DNA of 46,383 nt from a virus (Duplodnaviria; Caudoviricetes): positions 1 through 46,383 of IMG/VR virus record IMGVR_UViG_3300015203_000015. One strand, given 5' to 3'. The notes under the pieces were generated by a model that was given only the letters and a program-made list of their open reading frames with translations, ran no database searches and was not told the origin of the DNA. Positions 45,823 to 46,383 of this stretch are shown piece after piece. The translations under genes and the position numbers were made by a program. Within the stretch, counting starts at the first letter, position 1. Each line of letters begins with the position of its first letter.

Positions 45823-46107
45823 ATGACGACCGCGACGAAGAAGGAAACCGAACGCCCTGTCATCATCTGCACCGAGCATCGCGGAGTGTTCTTTGGCTAT
45901 GCCACCGACACCTCCGGAGATCGCGCCTTCCTGCGGGCGGCGCGCATGGCGATTTATTGGGGCACCACGCGCGGCGTGATGGAGCTGGCCGAAACAGGCC
46001 CAACGTCGAACAGCAAGATCTCCGCGCGTGCCGACATCGACGTGCGCAAGATCACCGCCGTGTTCGAAGTGACGCCCGCCGCGCTCGCTAAGTGGGAGGC
46101 CGCGTGA
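45823..46107 (+). CDS. conserved phage protein (DUF6948-like, from recall)
   Basis: VIICTEHRGVFFG...L..ARM.IYW....G..ELA..GP pattern, recalled to precede Gly-rich repeat genes; AAAGGA RBS. Confidence 0.65.
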   Translation: MTTATKKETERPVIICTEHRGVFFGYATDTSGDRAFLRAARMAIYWGTTRGVMELAETGPTSNSKISARADIDVRKITAVFEVTPAALAKWEAA

Positions 46108-46383
46108 TGGCGTGGCCTCACTTCACCGAGCGGGTGACCGTGATCGACGTGCTCGACGTCGCCTGCATCGACAAGGTCCTCGAATGGATCGACGAAAACG
46201 GTAAAGCGATCGTCGTCCAGGCGCGCGAGCATGCGCGCAATGATTACATTCAGCGCGCCGCCAATAACACCGGTTACGGTTCCGGTTACGGTTCCGGTTA
46301 CGGTTCCGGTTCCGGTTCCGGTTCCGGTTACGGTTCCGGTTACGGTTACGGTTCCGGTTCCGGTTCCGGTTCCGGTTACGGTT
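46107..46383 (+). CDS. N-terminal part of Gly-Tyr/Ser/Asp repeat protein (runs off the window end into 1-98)
   Basis: TGATG overlap; MAWPHFTERVTVIDVLDVACIDKVLEWIDENG...AANNTGYGSGYGSG... Confidence 0.75.
   Translation, partial: MAWPHFTERVTVIDVLDVACIDKVLEWIDENGKAIVVQAREHARNDYIQRAANNTGYGSGYGSGYGSGSGSGSGYGSGYGYGSGSGSGSGYG

Noticed and set aside
46272-46383. GGTTAC/GGTTCC terminal repeats as telomeres or a CRISPR array
   Set aside because: There are no spacers; the repeats are in frame within a coding sequence that joins across the ends.

Overview
The window looks like a complete, circularly permuted ~46.4 kb genome of a temperate, lambda-like (cos/GpA terminase) tailed phage with a GC-rich host. 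The host is probably a planctomycete; this is inferred from two CsrA homologues, the thioredoxin/coiled-coil protein style and the tRNA-Arg(TCG) attachment site. The two ends join in frame inside a Gly-Tyr/Ser/Asp repeat gene. Almost every gene is on the + strand. The early block (43033 through the junction to ~8960) has a tyrosine integrase, tRNA-Met, an iteron-containing replication initiator, HNH, an orphan ParB and CsrA. A putative lysis/envelope block (9270-15421) is followed by cos, terminase, methyltransferase, portal, a protease-capsid fusion, tail genes with a -1 frameshift chaperone, a GH33 sialidase-like tail protein and a fibre. No CI-type repressor gene is recognisable. The most notable signal is a candidate RNA-based lysogeny switch at 42.0-43.5 kb. 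A two-hairpin small RNA sits just downstream of the tRNA-type attP, so a host tRNA promoter could drive it after integration, and its two loops are complementary to two sites at the very start of the early-operon leader. The sRNA cassette is flanked by two direct copies of the att core. Other notable signals are a dispersed ATCACGCGCGTGAT palindrome (candidate ParB/KorB-like operator), GGA-rich leaders matching the phage CsrA proteins, and an in-frame 56-bp micro-inversion in a zincin-like gene. All functional calls come from motif recognition by eye; no searches were run.
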